From Azolla caroliniana (Eukaryota; Plantae; Polypodiophyta): a stretch of DNA of 64,000 bases. This document shows positions 27,101-40,100 of this stretch, in pieces (positions within the stretch are counted from its first letter, which is position 1; each line of letters opens with the position of its first letter). The notes beneath the pieces are model-generated. The model had not been told where the DNA came from. It worked only from the letters and a program-made list of their open reading frames with translations, and made no database searches. The DNA lies in assembly GCA_043228905.1 (NCBI GenBank), contig JBHGNT010000009.1:4588001-4652000 (forward strand). The letters run 5' to 3'. A program made the translations under genes and the position numbers.

Positions 27101-27365
27101 TGAAGTGTATAGAAGCTATGCACCCTATCAATTCCTTAGTTATTGGTTAGTTGCTTTGGTGGTATTTTGCCTCCCAATTGTTCGTCTTTTCCAATAAATC
27201 TTTTTTTTGATATCTTTGATGTCTTCATCATGAAGCTTGTCTTTATAATTCAGGTTTGAACTTTGGGGTTCCTATGAAAAGAAGTTTGGGAAGCTTAGTT
27301 CTATGAATGCTTCAGACTATGGGCTCATCACTGGTCACAACATGAGAAACAAGTTGATTGCTTGA
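24191..27365 (+). CDS. Uncharacterised HhH-GPD superfamily (AlkA/OGG1-like fold) DNA glycosylase, 5 exons, 435 aa
   Basis: Exons 24191-24520, 24970-25133, 25817-26423, 27051-27145 and 27254-27365 all have GT-AG boundaries and join in frame (1308 nt). Motifs: FSLEKAVCSYGFFM, GRLFRSPTLFEDMVKSLLLCNCGWGRT, GNFPSPEEL, GLGYR, HhH LLQLHGFGPFTCANVL, IPADTETVRH, YAPYQFLSYW. Confidence 0.88.
25580..25740. repeat. (CACATATT)n / (CA,TA)-rich minisatellite in intron 2 of the glycosylase gene
   Basis: About 11 CACATATT units followed by degenerate CA/TA repeats. Confidence 0.93.
26434..26717. mobile_element. MITE-like inverted-repeat element in intron 3
   Basis: Left end GAAAAACACCCCTAATATGTTGACTATTTACTAGAATATG matches the reverse complement of the right end (GAAAAATACCCCACACTTGTTGAGTATTTAATAGAATACG) over ~60 bp. 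Confidence 0.75.
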
Positions 27366-28784
27366 TCATATAAAAGAACCATTTTGCTGTCCTGAAATCA
27401 TATTTTGTTTTGAAAAGCAAACACAACAAAGGCTTCATCGAGAATGAAAGGATATAGAGTGAGAAGTCACAGAAAAAGCTGCACAATCTAGACCACAAAT
27501 ACATTGGTTTCGCCAGCATAGTAAGTGGTAACGAACAGAGGACATGTATATTGTGTGCCCTTATGGTCCAGTGAAGATTGGCAATGTGGAGATTGACCAA
27601 ATTTTCTTTATACAAGATGAGGCATCACACATGGTTATTCCCAGAGAACCTTTTATTACATCTTTGATGAGATGAAGGTGCTTGATAGTGGGGTGGCATT
27701 TGTGTGTATTTAAGAGTCAAGGAGGGGAAGTAGTAGTACAGTTCTGCTTAGTCGTGAGCTGAGCAAAAGAGAGCTTTTGAAGACAAAGGGAGCAGATTTT
27801 CAAGAGGGACTAATATAAGAATGGGTAATAATGTGTAGATTATTTCAAGACCCCTTCTGGATCAATCTAAAATTCATAGGTCACAAAATGGAGCATCAAA
27901 TTTTGTATTGATAAAATTCTAAAACTATACATTCTGCAATTTCACATGTACAAAAGGTTCTAAAATTATGTTCAGTTCTAGGAGATGAATCAATGGTCAT
28001 GGTCGAGTTTCTTTGGATGACACAATCGTGCATTTAGAGGAATTCATCTGCTTAGGAGTTTCTGAGAACCAAGTTATTTTGGTTAATTCAATCAAAATGT
28101 ATGTGATGGTGGTCAACACAATGTACAAGAGCAATGTCAGCACAATGTGATGTTGTTTGATCAGGCACTTCGAAACCCCAAAAACATTGATCGGACACTT
28201 TAAATGAAATCTGAAGGGGAGCTTTGGATTGGTGGGGTGACCTCCTGCTGCAGAGGCTCAAAGAGATGATATGAGAATTTGTGTTTGAGATTGCTAAACT
28301 CTCGATCATAGAAGGCACATGTCAAATATTTACAATCATTTCTTGTTTGTAGGAAACACTATTTGTCATATGGCATTGAAAATGGCCAAAATAACATATT
28401 TGCTAGAATGTGGTTGATAAATGCAGCACTGTTTAAATCCCTTGTTGAATCCTCTTATCTATAGAAGTTTCTTGCCCATTTAAATGTATGTTTAATATCT
28501 TATTGAAGACAATCTGCAATTTATTTTGGGATACAACGCTGTAATATAAAAATATGGGGGTTTTTCAAGTTTATGTACGTTTTACTCGTGACCATGTGGC
28601 ATCTTTAAAGAAATGCTTATAAAAAAACTATTGCTTTATGATATGGTTGCGATTTGTTGGCATGTGATGTTCCAAGTTTAGAGAACATTATATTGTAATT
28701 ATACAATAAAATATGCATGTTCAACGCATTGAAACTGAGATGCCATTAAATAGGACTTGCTAAATTTGCAGTCATATGTAATGT

Positions 28785-28817
<33 letters not shown>

Positions 28818-29910
28818 ACAAACACTGTTTTTGATGTATCTTTTTGCTCGATATCCGCTTCCTTTGTTCTTCAGCTCGTTTCAAAGCTTGCACAGAGAGC
28901 TTTCCAAAGAATAATTGCATGTCTTATTTGGTGGTTTTAGTAGAATGTTATGAGCAAAATCACCATTTGGTTGTATGCATCTGGTTGTCGCTTGCTTTGT
29001 TTCCTTCTCCAACAAAATTACTTGTGAGTGAGCTCTTGTAATTTTTGTTATATGGATGTTAGTGTTGTTGTGAATATGGATGCATCTCCAAATTCCTTAA
29101 AGGATGCATGCATGCATGGTTAAGTCAGTAGCGAGTCTAAGCGGGGATGGTAAGAGACAATGATGTATTGGAGGTGATAGTAATGATATGTTTTATTCTA
29201 ATGCAATGGAACAAGATGATATTGAGAGGGATGATAGTCATTGGGAACATTTGAGATGCATGACAAATGTTCTAATGGAAGATTGTATAAAGGAGAATGT
29301 AAAAGTCGTTGAGGAGTTTGTTGACGATGAAGTGGCTAAGGTGGAAATAGACAATAAGGCGTTTTTGGGCTCATTCGCTATTTTTTATTTATAGAAGGGT
29401 CATATTGTTTTTCACGGGGAAGATACCTTTACTTTGGAGGGTCAAACAATGGTTATGTGGGATTTTACAAGCTAATTGTGTTCAAGATGTTTATGTTGGT
29501 CCTCGTGGGTTTTATGAGGTTGTTTTGGTATCACAAGGGCATAAAGAGAAATTACTCAATAAATTGCCAATTTTTTATGAGAAAAGTTTGGTTCATATTG
29601 TTCATGGAGGCTACTCGAGGATACCAGGATATATTGAAGCAAGAGTTTCCTGTATGGGTTGAGTTAGAGTGCACATATTCAGTGGTCTGGCCAATATTAC
29701 AATCAACAATGGAAAAATTGGGAGAGATCTTGGTGCCTCCTATGCTAATGCTCAAAATCAATATCGCAACTGTATTCTTTGGAATATCATTATAAAGAGG
29801 CCAAGTTGTTTACAAATTGTATGCTTTGGTATGCTTCTTATGCATTGTCAGATTAAATTGGGCATATTTGCAGGACATTGTTTCCATTGTGGTGTGTTAC
29901 AACATTTTAT

Positions 29911-30541
29911 TTTATTTTTATTTTTTTTCCAAAAAAAAACTCCTTCCATTAGTTATAAAATTTTACAAATGAGACGATTATGTACAAATCCCTAAAGGGA
30001 TGCGATAGTTCCATCTAATGTGGAAGCCTACTGACTCAAGAAAGGGAGAGGACGACCATTGTTGGATGAAGGCTATGCGTTGTCTTTCAACTCCCTCGGA
30101 GCCACCTTTAAGGCCATCATGTTGGCTCTTCAGAGTGGCTACAATTTCACTCCATATCTCTTGCAGTAACCTTGTTGGATGGGTGGTTTGGTTGGAGAAG
30201 ACTCGCCCACATCGTTGTTTCCATAGAATCCAAAGGGTTATTGGGCTGACCAATTCTAACACCTCTTGAGATTTGTCATTAAGAGGGATAGAGTGGACAT
30301 TGCCGCTGGAGGAGAAAAGGACCTCTTGTGCTTTTATCACCAAAGTCATCCCCTCCTCCTGATGCTCGTATCGGCCAATTGCAGCCTGCCATGATAGCCA
30401 ACATATATTTCCCCACTTGATTGAACCTTGCACCTGGCATAATTGCAATAAGCGGCCAACCCCCCGCCATATTCTATGGGACGTTGGGCAGTCCCACAGA
30501 GCGTGTCGTATGGATTCTACTGCATGTGGGCACTCTACACA
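29911..30541 (-). mobile_element. 5'-truncated LINE inserted antisense in the host LINE ORF1
   Basis: ORF2 C-terminal remnant (ITLWILWKQRCGRVF; ORF 29978-30448), T-rich tail at ~29911-29928, 17-bp TSD GTGTTAC(A/G)ACATTTTAT at 29894-29910 and 30542-30558. Confidence 0.88.
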
Positions 30542-32847
30542 GTGTTACGACATTTTATGGCTTAGTGTCCTAAGAAAAGAAATAATGTAGTGGATGTGGT
30601 ACATGAAGAGCTTACAAATCATGATCAAATTCAAACTTTGACGATCTCAAAGCAAAAAAAGGAACAATGGATTATAAATTACAAAGATGGAAAGACATTA
30701 GAAGATGAAGGGAAATGGTCAATAATTTTGGAAAGATGAAGAAGTTTAATAAGAGTGTTGGGCATAATGTATCTATGGAGAAGCTAACATCAATTCAACA
30801 AACAAATTTCATGTGGAATAGACTATGGGGTTGTCGGGAGGACTATCCAAAGAATTTGTCTTTTGATAATTAAGATTATTTTTATGTTCCTTGGATTAAG
30901 CAAAAATGGTACCTTGTTCATAGGAGGAGCCATTGGGGTCTAGAGTTTTGCATTCCCAAAGTAATTCTTATGCAATCTCAAGGGATTTATTTCAAGATAT
31001 GGCAGAAACATTAGCAGTGACGAAGAAGGAGATTTCTCGAATTAAAGGAAAACATAAAGTATGAAGACAACCACATGGAATGTGAGGGGATTGTGTTCTA
31101 GATTTAGAATGCATGAGGTTTGGAGGATTGTGTTAAGTGAGCAATGAGATGTTTTATGTGTAGTGGAGCATAAAGATCATCGTAATGTTGGATTAATTAT
31201 TTATTCTAAGGGTTATACACTATGTTATGCTAGTAATGTTCATGGGGATTATTCTAGGATTGTCATATTTATAAGAGACCAAAAGTAATTGTTTTAGATG
31301 AATTTGGAAGATTTATCATGGTTGAGATATGTTATGAAGAGAAAGTTCTTAGGTTCGAATGTTTCACTAGAATGAAAGGTTTTATGGAGATCTCTAAGCT
31401 CAATGCTTGATAATAATAGACCGGGTAATTTGATGGGAGATTTCAATGTTTGTTGGGAAATAGATCAATTAACATCTATCCACTCTATTATGGATGTTAA
31501 GGGATGTATGGACATGGATCAAGGGCGATGAACCTGGTTATACCTTTCAATTGGCTCAATATAAGGATACTTGGAGTATTTTAGATCAAATGCATGTAAC
31601 GCACACCAAAGGGTTTTTACTAGACGTTTTCGATATTTCAGTGTCTTATGGGTCAATTATATCAGATCATTTCCCATTAAATTTTGAATTCACTCACCAC
31701 TCAATTAGAGTTTTTCACGAGTTCTTAGAAAAACCATTGTTGATTTTAAATTCCTCATTTTTGGATCATGAGGTCTTCCATGCCTATATGTGTTAGTTGA
31801 TTGATGTATTTGCCTATCGTTTTCAATTTGATGGGTATGAAGCGTGGGAAGTCATTGTTGCAAATGTGTTAGAGGTTAGCTAGGTATTATGGAATTCACC
31901 ATGCCTTTAGAAGGAGAAAGAAATGAAGTCTCCTAGTTAATTTGCTTGATAAATGTAACTCATTATTGACTTATTGGTCAACAAATGTAGTTTAGTTGAT
32001 GGGATATCAAGAGGTAATAATTTCTGTGATGTATTATCTTACGACGAAAAATTATCAACATGCTAGACTACATCGTCTAAGATACGAAGTGGAGGATGTT
32101 AATTGTCAATCACATAAGTTTTTTCATGACCTTCATGAATCACATGTACCACATAATGTGGTAACGTTAGAGGATAATGGTATTATGTGTTTCGATCCTC
32201 AAAAAATTGTGAAGAAATTCATAGAATATATATACACAATTGTTGGATGTACAAGTATATATTGATGATAATGTTAAAAAGGATAGACATGTATTTTTAA
32301 TGAAGTGAAAATTCATGTAGCACATGATGTGGTACAATCATTAGATGTTGATATTTCAGAGGATGAGGTGGAACATGTCATGTCACATCTTGCTAATGAT
32401 AAAAGTCTTGGGTGGAATGGATTAACAAATGAACTCTTTAAGAAATATGTGCTTAAGTTAAAGGGGCCTTTTACGGTCTCATTTCAGAAGGTGTGGACAT
32501 TAGGGGAAATGCCTCATTCTTGGAAGATTGGTTTGATAAAACTTTTGCCGAAGGTGCCTTCTCCATCTTCCTTTGCTTAGTGGAGGCCTATTTCATTGAT
32601 GAAGGGAATGTACACGATTTTTGCAAAGGTGATGGCCAATAGATTACATAAGGTTTTACCTTCTATTATTCATAATGCTCAATATGGGTTCTTAGGAAAA
32701 AGAGAGATTTGACATAATATTTTAAATGTTCAAATGACAATTGACTATGCAAAGAAGTCTAAACAAGAATTAGTGTTGTTACAATTGGATATCATGAAAG
32801 CCTATGATAATGTGGATCGGTCATTTATAAATCAATTGATGTCTCGT

Positions 32848-33391
32848 ATGGGTTTTAGTGATCGTATGTCTTAGTTGATATACACATTAGGGGAGGGTTC
32901 AATTTCACATGTGATGTTTAATGGAGGAGTAACACAACCTATTTCTATTCGGAGATCAGTTAGACAAGGATGCCTAGTCAGTCCATTACTATTCAAGATT
33001 GCGACACGTCCTATTCTTGTTAAGTTACACAATATGGCTGTGGAGGAAGAATTGTTTGGTCTAAGGTTACCATTAGGGAAACCATGTAATGTTCAAGCTC
33101 TCACGGATGACCATATCATATGGGTTTTAGTGATCTTATGTCTAAGTTGATATACACATTAGGGGAGGGTTCGATTTCACATGTGATGTTTAATGGAGGA
33201 GTAACACAACCTATTTCTATTCAAAGATCAGTTAGACAAGGATGCCTAGTTAGTCCATTACTATTCACGATTGCAACACATTCTATTCTTGTTAAGTTAC
33301 ACAATATGGCTATGGAGGAAGAATTGTTTGGTCTAAGGTTACCATTAGGGAAACCATGTAATGTTCAAGCTCTCACGGATGACCATATCAT
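32848..33391. repeat. 272-bp tandem duplication inside the LINE RT
   Basis: IYTLGEGSISHVMFNGG...LTDDHI is encoded twice (ORFs 32875-33150 and 33120-33503). Confidence 0.93.
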
Positions 33392-34546
33392 GTTTTTGGC
33401 ACTTAATAAGGAAAATATGAGTAAGACAAGGGATGTGTTGGAATTGTTTTCAAATGCTTTAAGGTTGAGAATTACTATGTATCAATTTGTCCTCATTTCA
33501 TGAATAAAACAATATGTGTTATGGTTGGGGTGGTTAGGAAGGAATCGTGGTATGATTTGTCATCACCTTGGATATCCAATTGGGGTGGAAGTTTCTCATG
33601 TGAAACTTATTGAGTGGGTATCCAAAATATTGGAGGATAAATTTATGTATTGGAGGTCTCAAATTTGGCCTTTTCATGTATGACTAAGGTGGTCCAATCG
33701 ATTATGGTCTCTATGGTGTCTTATTTTCTACTATAGTCAAAGAAAGCTCTTGAAATGGTGTCGCACTCAATGTAAATATTGTTATGGAAAAGAAAAGGGA
33801 AACGTGTCTTGTCGTGGTTGGCATGGGGATCATGTTTGTACTTTGAAGCATCTTGATGGCACATCAATATTGAACTTATATGAGCATATGGTAGCTCGTC
33901 GATTTACCTTCTTCCAATTTATGTTTGAGGGTGCACAACCTTGGAAAAAAATGGTGGCATACTTTATAGAGAAGACAAGAATTAAGCTTGGAAACACGAT
34001 GGTTGAAGCTAATTGGTGGAATGTCATTAATTCTAAACAAGATTCAAATGTGTAGGGTCTTTGATAGTTAATCATTTGTTGACATCTTGGCAAATTATGT
34101 TGGATTTTGTGGAATGACATCCTCCAAAAGAAAGGGGATGTGCCAGTTCTTTAAAAATGGAGGTTTTGGCGACATCAAGGTTGTTGAGGTGGGAATGTAA
34201 ACAAATTCTTAACCTTCAAATCAGGTGGCTATGTTAGGTTTGGTACCAGTCAAATATGCTATCTTGTTGTCACAAAGAAGATTAATGGTCTTTTGAGCAG
34301 CGAGATCAATATTTCGTATTCCAAAAGGTCATTACCTTTATTTGGGATAAGTTGCAAGAACTGGGCCAATTCCTGATTTAGATGGGGGATCTCAAGACCT
34401 TGATTGGACGTTTGTTTGAAATAGGAGATTGACTGTGATCTCAACAAATGATGCTTATCACAAGTTTATTGACAAACGTAAGTGGATGGAAGAAAGAGTT
34501 ATGAAGATATGGGGTTTTCGTAAGCCTATTACTTGGTGGTTTCATG

Positions 34547-34839
34547 CATAGTACATAAAATTTGTGTTCGTCTAGCATAACATTCGTTTTCCTATGTTGG
34601 AAAACGAATGCGAATGTTATTCAAACATTCTTGTGTTTTTTTTTTGTTTTTTTCCCATTTTTTTAATGTTTTTTTAATGTTTTTTTTTCCATTTTTAAGG
34701 CTTATTTACCTCATAATAAATAGTTAATCCAAAAGTATGGTATTTATCATTCTTTGAGGATGTTTTTCTTACGCGAATGATTGAAACATTCATGAATGCG
34801 AATGCGGATGGGCGTATGGTACATATGGTTCATACTATG
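34547..34839. mobile_element. Non-autonomous hAT-like element inside the LINE
   Basis: Termini CATAGTA...TACTATG, perfect 8-bp TSD GTTTCATG (34539-34546 and 34840-34847), subterminal CGAATG repeats. Confidence 0.82.
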
Positions 34840-36159
34840 GTTTCATGTGATCAAGGTAGGTTGGTGTTCTCAATTGATGCTACCAGCTAAGGTATTCATT
34901 TGGAGAGTTATGATTGGAGCTTTACCATTGGGGGGTGCATTAAAAACAAAATTGCTAGAGGAACATGTTTCTTTTGTTCGGTGGAATTGGAACATAACCG
35001 ACATCAATTTCTTTAATGCTTGATGGCTAAGATGGTTTGGAGGTGTATCATTTAATGTGGATGTCTCTAACTAGAATAAACTTGTCTTCCTTCAGTTGGG
35101 TTTTTGCACATATGGAGAACAATGAACCGATGCCTCACCAAATTGATTTTGAGTTCTTGAGGTATTGGGACCTATGGTTCAATTGGATTATGCGAAATGC
35201 CTTCATTTTTTATTCGCAAGTTGGGGTAAGAAAATATGTTGTAAAGTTAAAAGAACTTCTTTTGTGGCAATTGACAGTGCTAGAGAAGTCACGAAATCTC
35301 AACCATGAAGAGAGAAAACTCTGCAAGGTCACATATCACCATATTCGCCATTTTAATTGGTGTGTAGGGTGTCATTGTGTTTGGAGTCATAGTAGTTTTT
35401 AGATCTCTAAAATGGTTCTATACTTTATAGTAAGTTAGTCATGGGGGTGTTTTCCATGAAAGCCATTATTTAAGAGAGAGAGAGAGAGAGGTGTAAATTG
35501 CCCATATTATTTTGCTCGGTGCATCTTACTTATGATATTGAGGGACTGCCGAACACTTTGTATTTATAATCTGATTGACCAAACTTGGTACTGCTAAATA
35601 GATAGAAAGTCTAAGGAATAAAAGTCTAAATAGATAGATGTCCAAAGTTTTATGGAGGGCTAAAGAGCTCACAAGGAAAGAACAAAAGAATAAAAACCAT
35701 AGGAATCAAAGTTGAAAATCGATGAGCACTTCTAATGTAGAATTGGCATTATAGATTCATAATAAATATTTATGTGTCAATGGTCATTGAAGTCTTGGCA
35801 TTATAGATTCATAACAAATATTTATGTGTCATTGAGTAGGTTCACTTTTTCTTATTAGTTTCAAAAATTAAGCCCTATGTTTTTCCTTTATAATTTCCTA
35901 ATTGATGAAAAGCAAACTTACCACTAGCTTTCCAAAAATGCAAAACCTAAAACCTTTATAGGATATTTTTATTGGAAAAGTTTGTGCTCATATTTTGAAT
36001 GAAAAGGAACTTACATGAAGAGAGATTTGCAATTAGTGGACTGAAAGAAAAAAAAGAACGATATAGTAACGTCTTCTAAGACCAAATTTGGCCCATGAGA
36101 CAATTGGTTACAACAAAATGGGATGTGTACCCAATCATTGAAAATAAAAATTAAAAAAA

Positions 36160-36472
36160 GGGAAAAGTACCAGGATACCCCTGGAAGTTCGTCTATTTAC
36201 CAAAATGCCCCTGGAAGTTCCAAATTTACCAAACTACCCCTATGTCCAAAAAATTACACTTTATAAAGTAATTATACACTCAAATCTACAAGCCCTTTTT
36301 ACCAAAGATGGAAGAAATGGACCCGAACTAGCCCTATGTACCAAAGATTTGAGTGTATAATTACTTTATAAAATGTATTTTTTTGGATATAGGGGTAGTT
36401 TGGTAAATTTGGAACTTCCAGGGGCATTCTGGTAAATAGACAAACTTCTAGGGGTATCCTGGTACTTTTTCC
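36160..36472. mobile_element. Mutator-like MITE with ~130-bp terminal inverted repeats
   Basis: GGAAAAGTACCAGGATACCCCTGGAAGTT...CACTCAAATCT is mirrored by AGATTTGAGTG...AACTTCTAGGGGTATCCTGGTACTTTTTCC; imperfect 9-bp A/T-rich flanks TTAAAAAAA and TTAAAATTT. Confidence 0.88.
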
Positions 36473-36679
36473 TTAAAATTTTTTAACATAGATAAAAGAG
36501 TTTTAGTATGGTACAAAAGATGTTATGATTAACATATTCTATAAAGGAAAAATGTGTTAGGACTAGTTTCATTTCAATCCAAGTCATGAAAGAAAGCACA
36601 AACTCAAAAAAAGTGACAGTCGTCACGTCTCACCAAAATCAACCCTGCTTGGATGAGTTGAATGCTTTAACGTTTTACT

Positions 36680-37100
36680 TAACAATAAGCAACGGTTAGG
36701 TTCTGTTCAGTCCGGTTCAAGAGTCTCAAAACCGAACCGTTTAAAATTTTTGAAACTTGAACTGAACCGAACCATGAAACCATTTAAACCAAAACAGTTA
36801 GAAAAAAATTCAAATAATTAAACCATTAAACAGTTAAAACTGCGGGGTTTGGTTTTGGTTTTTAACTTAGGTCAAAATTCAAATTTAAAATTTTTTCATT
36901 ATTTCAAAATTTTAAAGATTTTTCTAAAAATGTGAGAATTAGGATTAAAAATGAAAAGGTTGTTTAAAATATATATTTAAAAACCATTAAACCATTTCAA
37001 CTATGGTTTTAAACCGTAAAAACTGAACCGAATTGTTTAAACCGTTAAGATGCAGTTTCACGGTTTGGTTCGGTTCAAACCGAACCGTTGCCGATTGTTA
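36680..37100. mobile_element. Non-autonomous hAT-like element, copy 1
   Basis: TIR TAACAATAAGCAACGGTT / AACCGTTGCCGATTGTTA, many AACCG/CGGTT subterminal repeats, degenerate 8-bp TSD GTTTTACT/ATTTTAGT. Confidence 0.8.
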
Positions 37101-40100
37101 ATTTTAGTTTAGCATTTGTGTCTTGTTAAGAGATAATCATGAGATGAATCTTATGGATTACACAAAGAGAGAATGTCCAATGAAAAATAAAGAGGTTATG
37201 GAAGTGTAAAATTTCGTTGTGAACTAATAACCTACTTAATAAAAAGATAGACATTACCTTTTAGGTCATGCAATTAGATTTAAGATTATTTACTCCAGAA
37301 CCAAACTACTTCATCAATACATGAACACATAATGCTTAAATTCTTTGTCATGCCATCATGTTTAGTTGTTTCCCTACCATGATTTTTACACACATATCAC
37401 AAAATATATGTCAAGGGAAACATTAGAGATTGTTAACTTTACCCCAAATTGTTGATGTTGGAAACTTTTCACTAGTTCTATAACCAAGGGTTTTAAAAGG
37501 TTCGTCGAATGTCATGTTACATGAAAAGATCAAAATTACAAACAATATTCATAAAAAAAAAGGTATATTTTAAGAGTTTGAAAGGTTAGCCCAATTTTTA
37601 ATACCTTTAGGACTTCATAACCATTTAATATATTCATAAGTCGATGGGGCTTGTTTTCTTTTGCGTTGATATGGAGGTAGTGCTTCGACATTTGTGCTTT
37701 AATGCACAATGCCTTGTTTATTAAGTTTTCTTGGTGTGACTATACTTTTTGAAGCAACCAATATGCACAATAAATCATTGGCAGGTGCCCTACCATACAC
37801 CACACACGTAATGAAAGATTCTTTGTTGGAGGAATATATAATCCTCAACTCTATGTCACAAGATGGATGAGGTCGATATTGCACCATCAAGATTAAAGCA
37901 CCTCTTGGGGGTCTATCATCTGTGCAAATGTGTGAATATACTTGCCTTGGTTGTATGGTCCAATTCAAATATGATCCTTTCTTTATTAAAAATATGCAAA
38001 TATGTTTTTTCTTTGCTTGATAGTTGAAAGCTACTCTAAAGAAAAATACATTATGACTAGAAAAATAATAATATAATGTGCTAATAATAGGAACTCGAAA
38101 CCATGCTCAAATCTTTCAAGAGATGTTGACATCCTAACTATAATGCTATATTTTCCAATAAAAAAAGTGTTACTCTACTCACCATTGTGCATAACATGCA
38201 AGATAGAGTTGAGAGAGAGAGAGTGTGTGTGTGGACTACACTATGTTCAGTTGTGTGAGAGAGGACGAGAAAATGAGACATTGACATTGAGAATGTGTGT
38301 ACCACGGGTGGGAGAACAAGAGATGAAGAGAAAATGAAATATTGATAGAGTATTTTGTTCCGTGGATGTGTGCCACTTGATCAAGAGTCAGAGAAAGGGG
38401 AAACCCACTTAGCTAGGGTTGACATCATAAAATAGATTTATGTATATCCATCATACATCTGCACTAACATGTCATATATGTGATAACATGATTAATCTTT
38501 TCTTGTTTAGAAATGGCCTATGATGGCCTTATAACCTCTCAACACAATACTTCATTCTTCCAGCCCTTCATCCATTGTCATTAGATCATTTGAATAATTA
38601 ATTGATGTTTTTTTGTAAGTTTTCATGATGAACATGTTAAAAAAATATGAATGTTGTATACTAATGCACACAAGAACAAAACATTTTTATTTTGCATTAG
38701 TTTACATAGAAATAAGTTTCACATGTTGTATTTGTACATTGATAGAATTCAAAATAAGGTAACACATTTCGATACATACAAAGATCTTACATCCCCATCA
38801 AATTATGCTCATTTCGCTCTTGTCCACATTGTTTCACTACCATCATTTAGATACCAAAAACACGTTGCGAATAGCAACGCTTGATATTGAAATTATACCC
38901 ACCTACCGAATTCCATCATTGTAATTTGTAGGTATGGTATAGAAGACAATGCATTTTATTTTCCTTATTATTTTTAATAATACCTCAAATATCATGATTC
39001 TCACTTTGAAACACTAGATACAAGTAAACCGAATTTTGTGTCTTGAGGAGGTGAGGCTCAAGTTGAGGATATAAAAACATAAAATTTATATGATGTACAA
39101 AGTAGGACTCGAACAATATACCGACAACTGAAAAATCATTGTAAATACACCAAAAAGGTACGAGCAATGATTTGTGGGAAGGTAGTACATCATATATTCA
39201 CACATCATAAGGAGATACCGTAGATATGATGTGGTGCACATGGTTTCCATAGGTGCATCACCTCCGCTACACATGTATATAAAGGCATATAGAGCCTCCT
39301 CCCATTGTACATTTATCCACAAAATGTAATTTCCATTTCCGTCTATAACCTCCACCTCTAATCTTTACTTACAATGGATGTTTGAGCACAATACCCAATA
39401 AGACCTTAAACTTAGGATCCTTCTGATTACTCTTACGCTTCTCAAAACAAATCACAACACATGTCAAAGTAACAACTTAAAGTTGGGAGCATAGTAATCC
39501 ATAACACCTTAACCTTCGGAACTTTCACATATTGTCACACTTCTCAAAACAATTACCAAAACGTGTCAAAGGAACAACTTAAATTTGGGGACTAGAAGAC
39601 AACGTCAAAGTTGTGAAGTCTTTGAAATACCAAGGGCAAAGAGACCATAAGGTTGTTGCTTTAAAAATATTTGGAAACAAGATGTCTTGTTCAATAATTT
39701 CTCGTTTGAGCCATTGCATACAAGAGAGACCATTTTGATGTAAGGAATCCCTTAATTTTGGCCATTCGAATGGCAAGAATGATGAAAAGAAATTATGTAG
39801 CTCGCATAACATGGAAATAGATCCTAGGGCCGCAATTGGGATTGCAATATCCACCCAAAGCTAACGATAGTTTTGAAAAGAAAACAATCATATCAAATTG
39901 TTTGGCAATGTTTGTTTTAGATAGGCATGATAAATTTTGGTCTGGTTGAATTGATTCGGGACTAGGGTTATCAGGTGTTTGAAAAGCCTACTTTCGGATC
40001 TCATATACCTTTGAGCCTTAAAGATGTGTAAGGAAGTGTCACCTTTAGGTGCTAGTGGTTATCGAGGAAATAACTAATATTGTTATTACATGATGCTCCA

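Larger units (their letters stand above)
28818..35472 (+). mobile_element. Near full-length decayed L1-clade LINE (ORF1 with CCHC knuckle; ORF2 from 31061)
   Basis: ORF1 remnants GPRGFYEV, FPVWVEL and CFHCG...H; ORF2 TTWNVRG, MGDFN, SDHFP, WRPISL, LDIMKAYD, RQGCLVSPLLF, LTDD, HLGYPIG, KVFIWR. Ends inferred from flanking (GA)n tracts. Confidence 0.85.

Noticed and set aside
27328-28318. Antisense ORFs downstream of the glycosylase gene
   Set aside because: Short, non-ATG starts and no motifs; probably 3' UTR or intergenic.
37699-39854. Short minus-strand ORFs (37699, 39086, 39579)
   Set aside because: No recognisable motifs or consistent splice structure; not supportable as genes.
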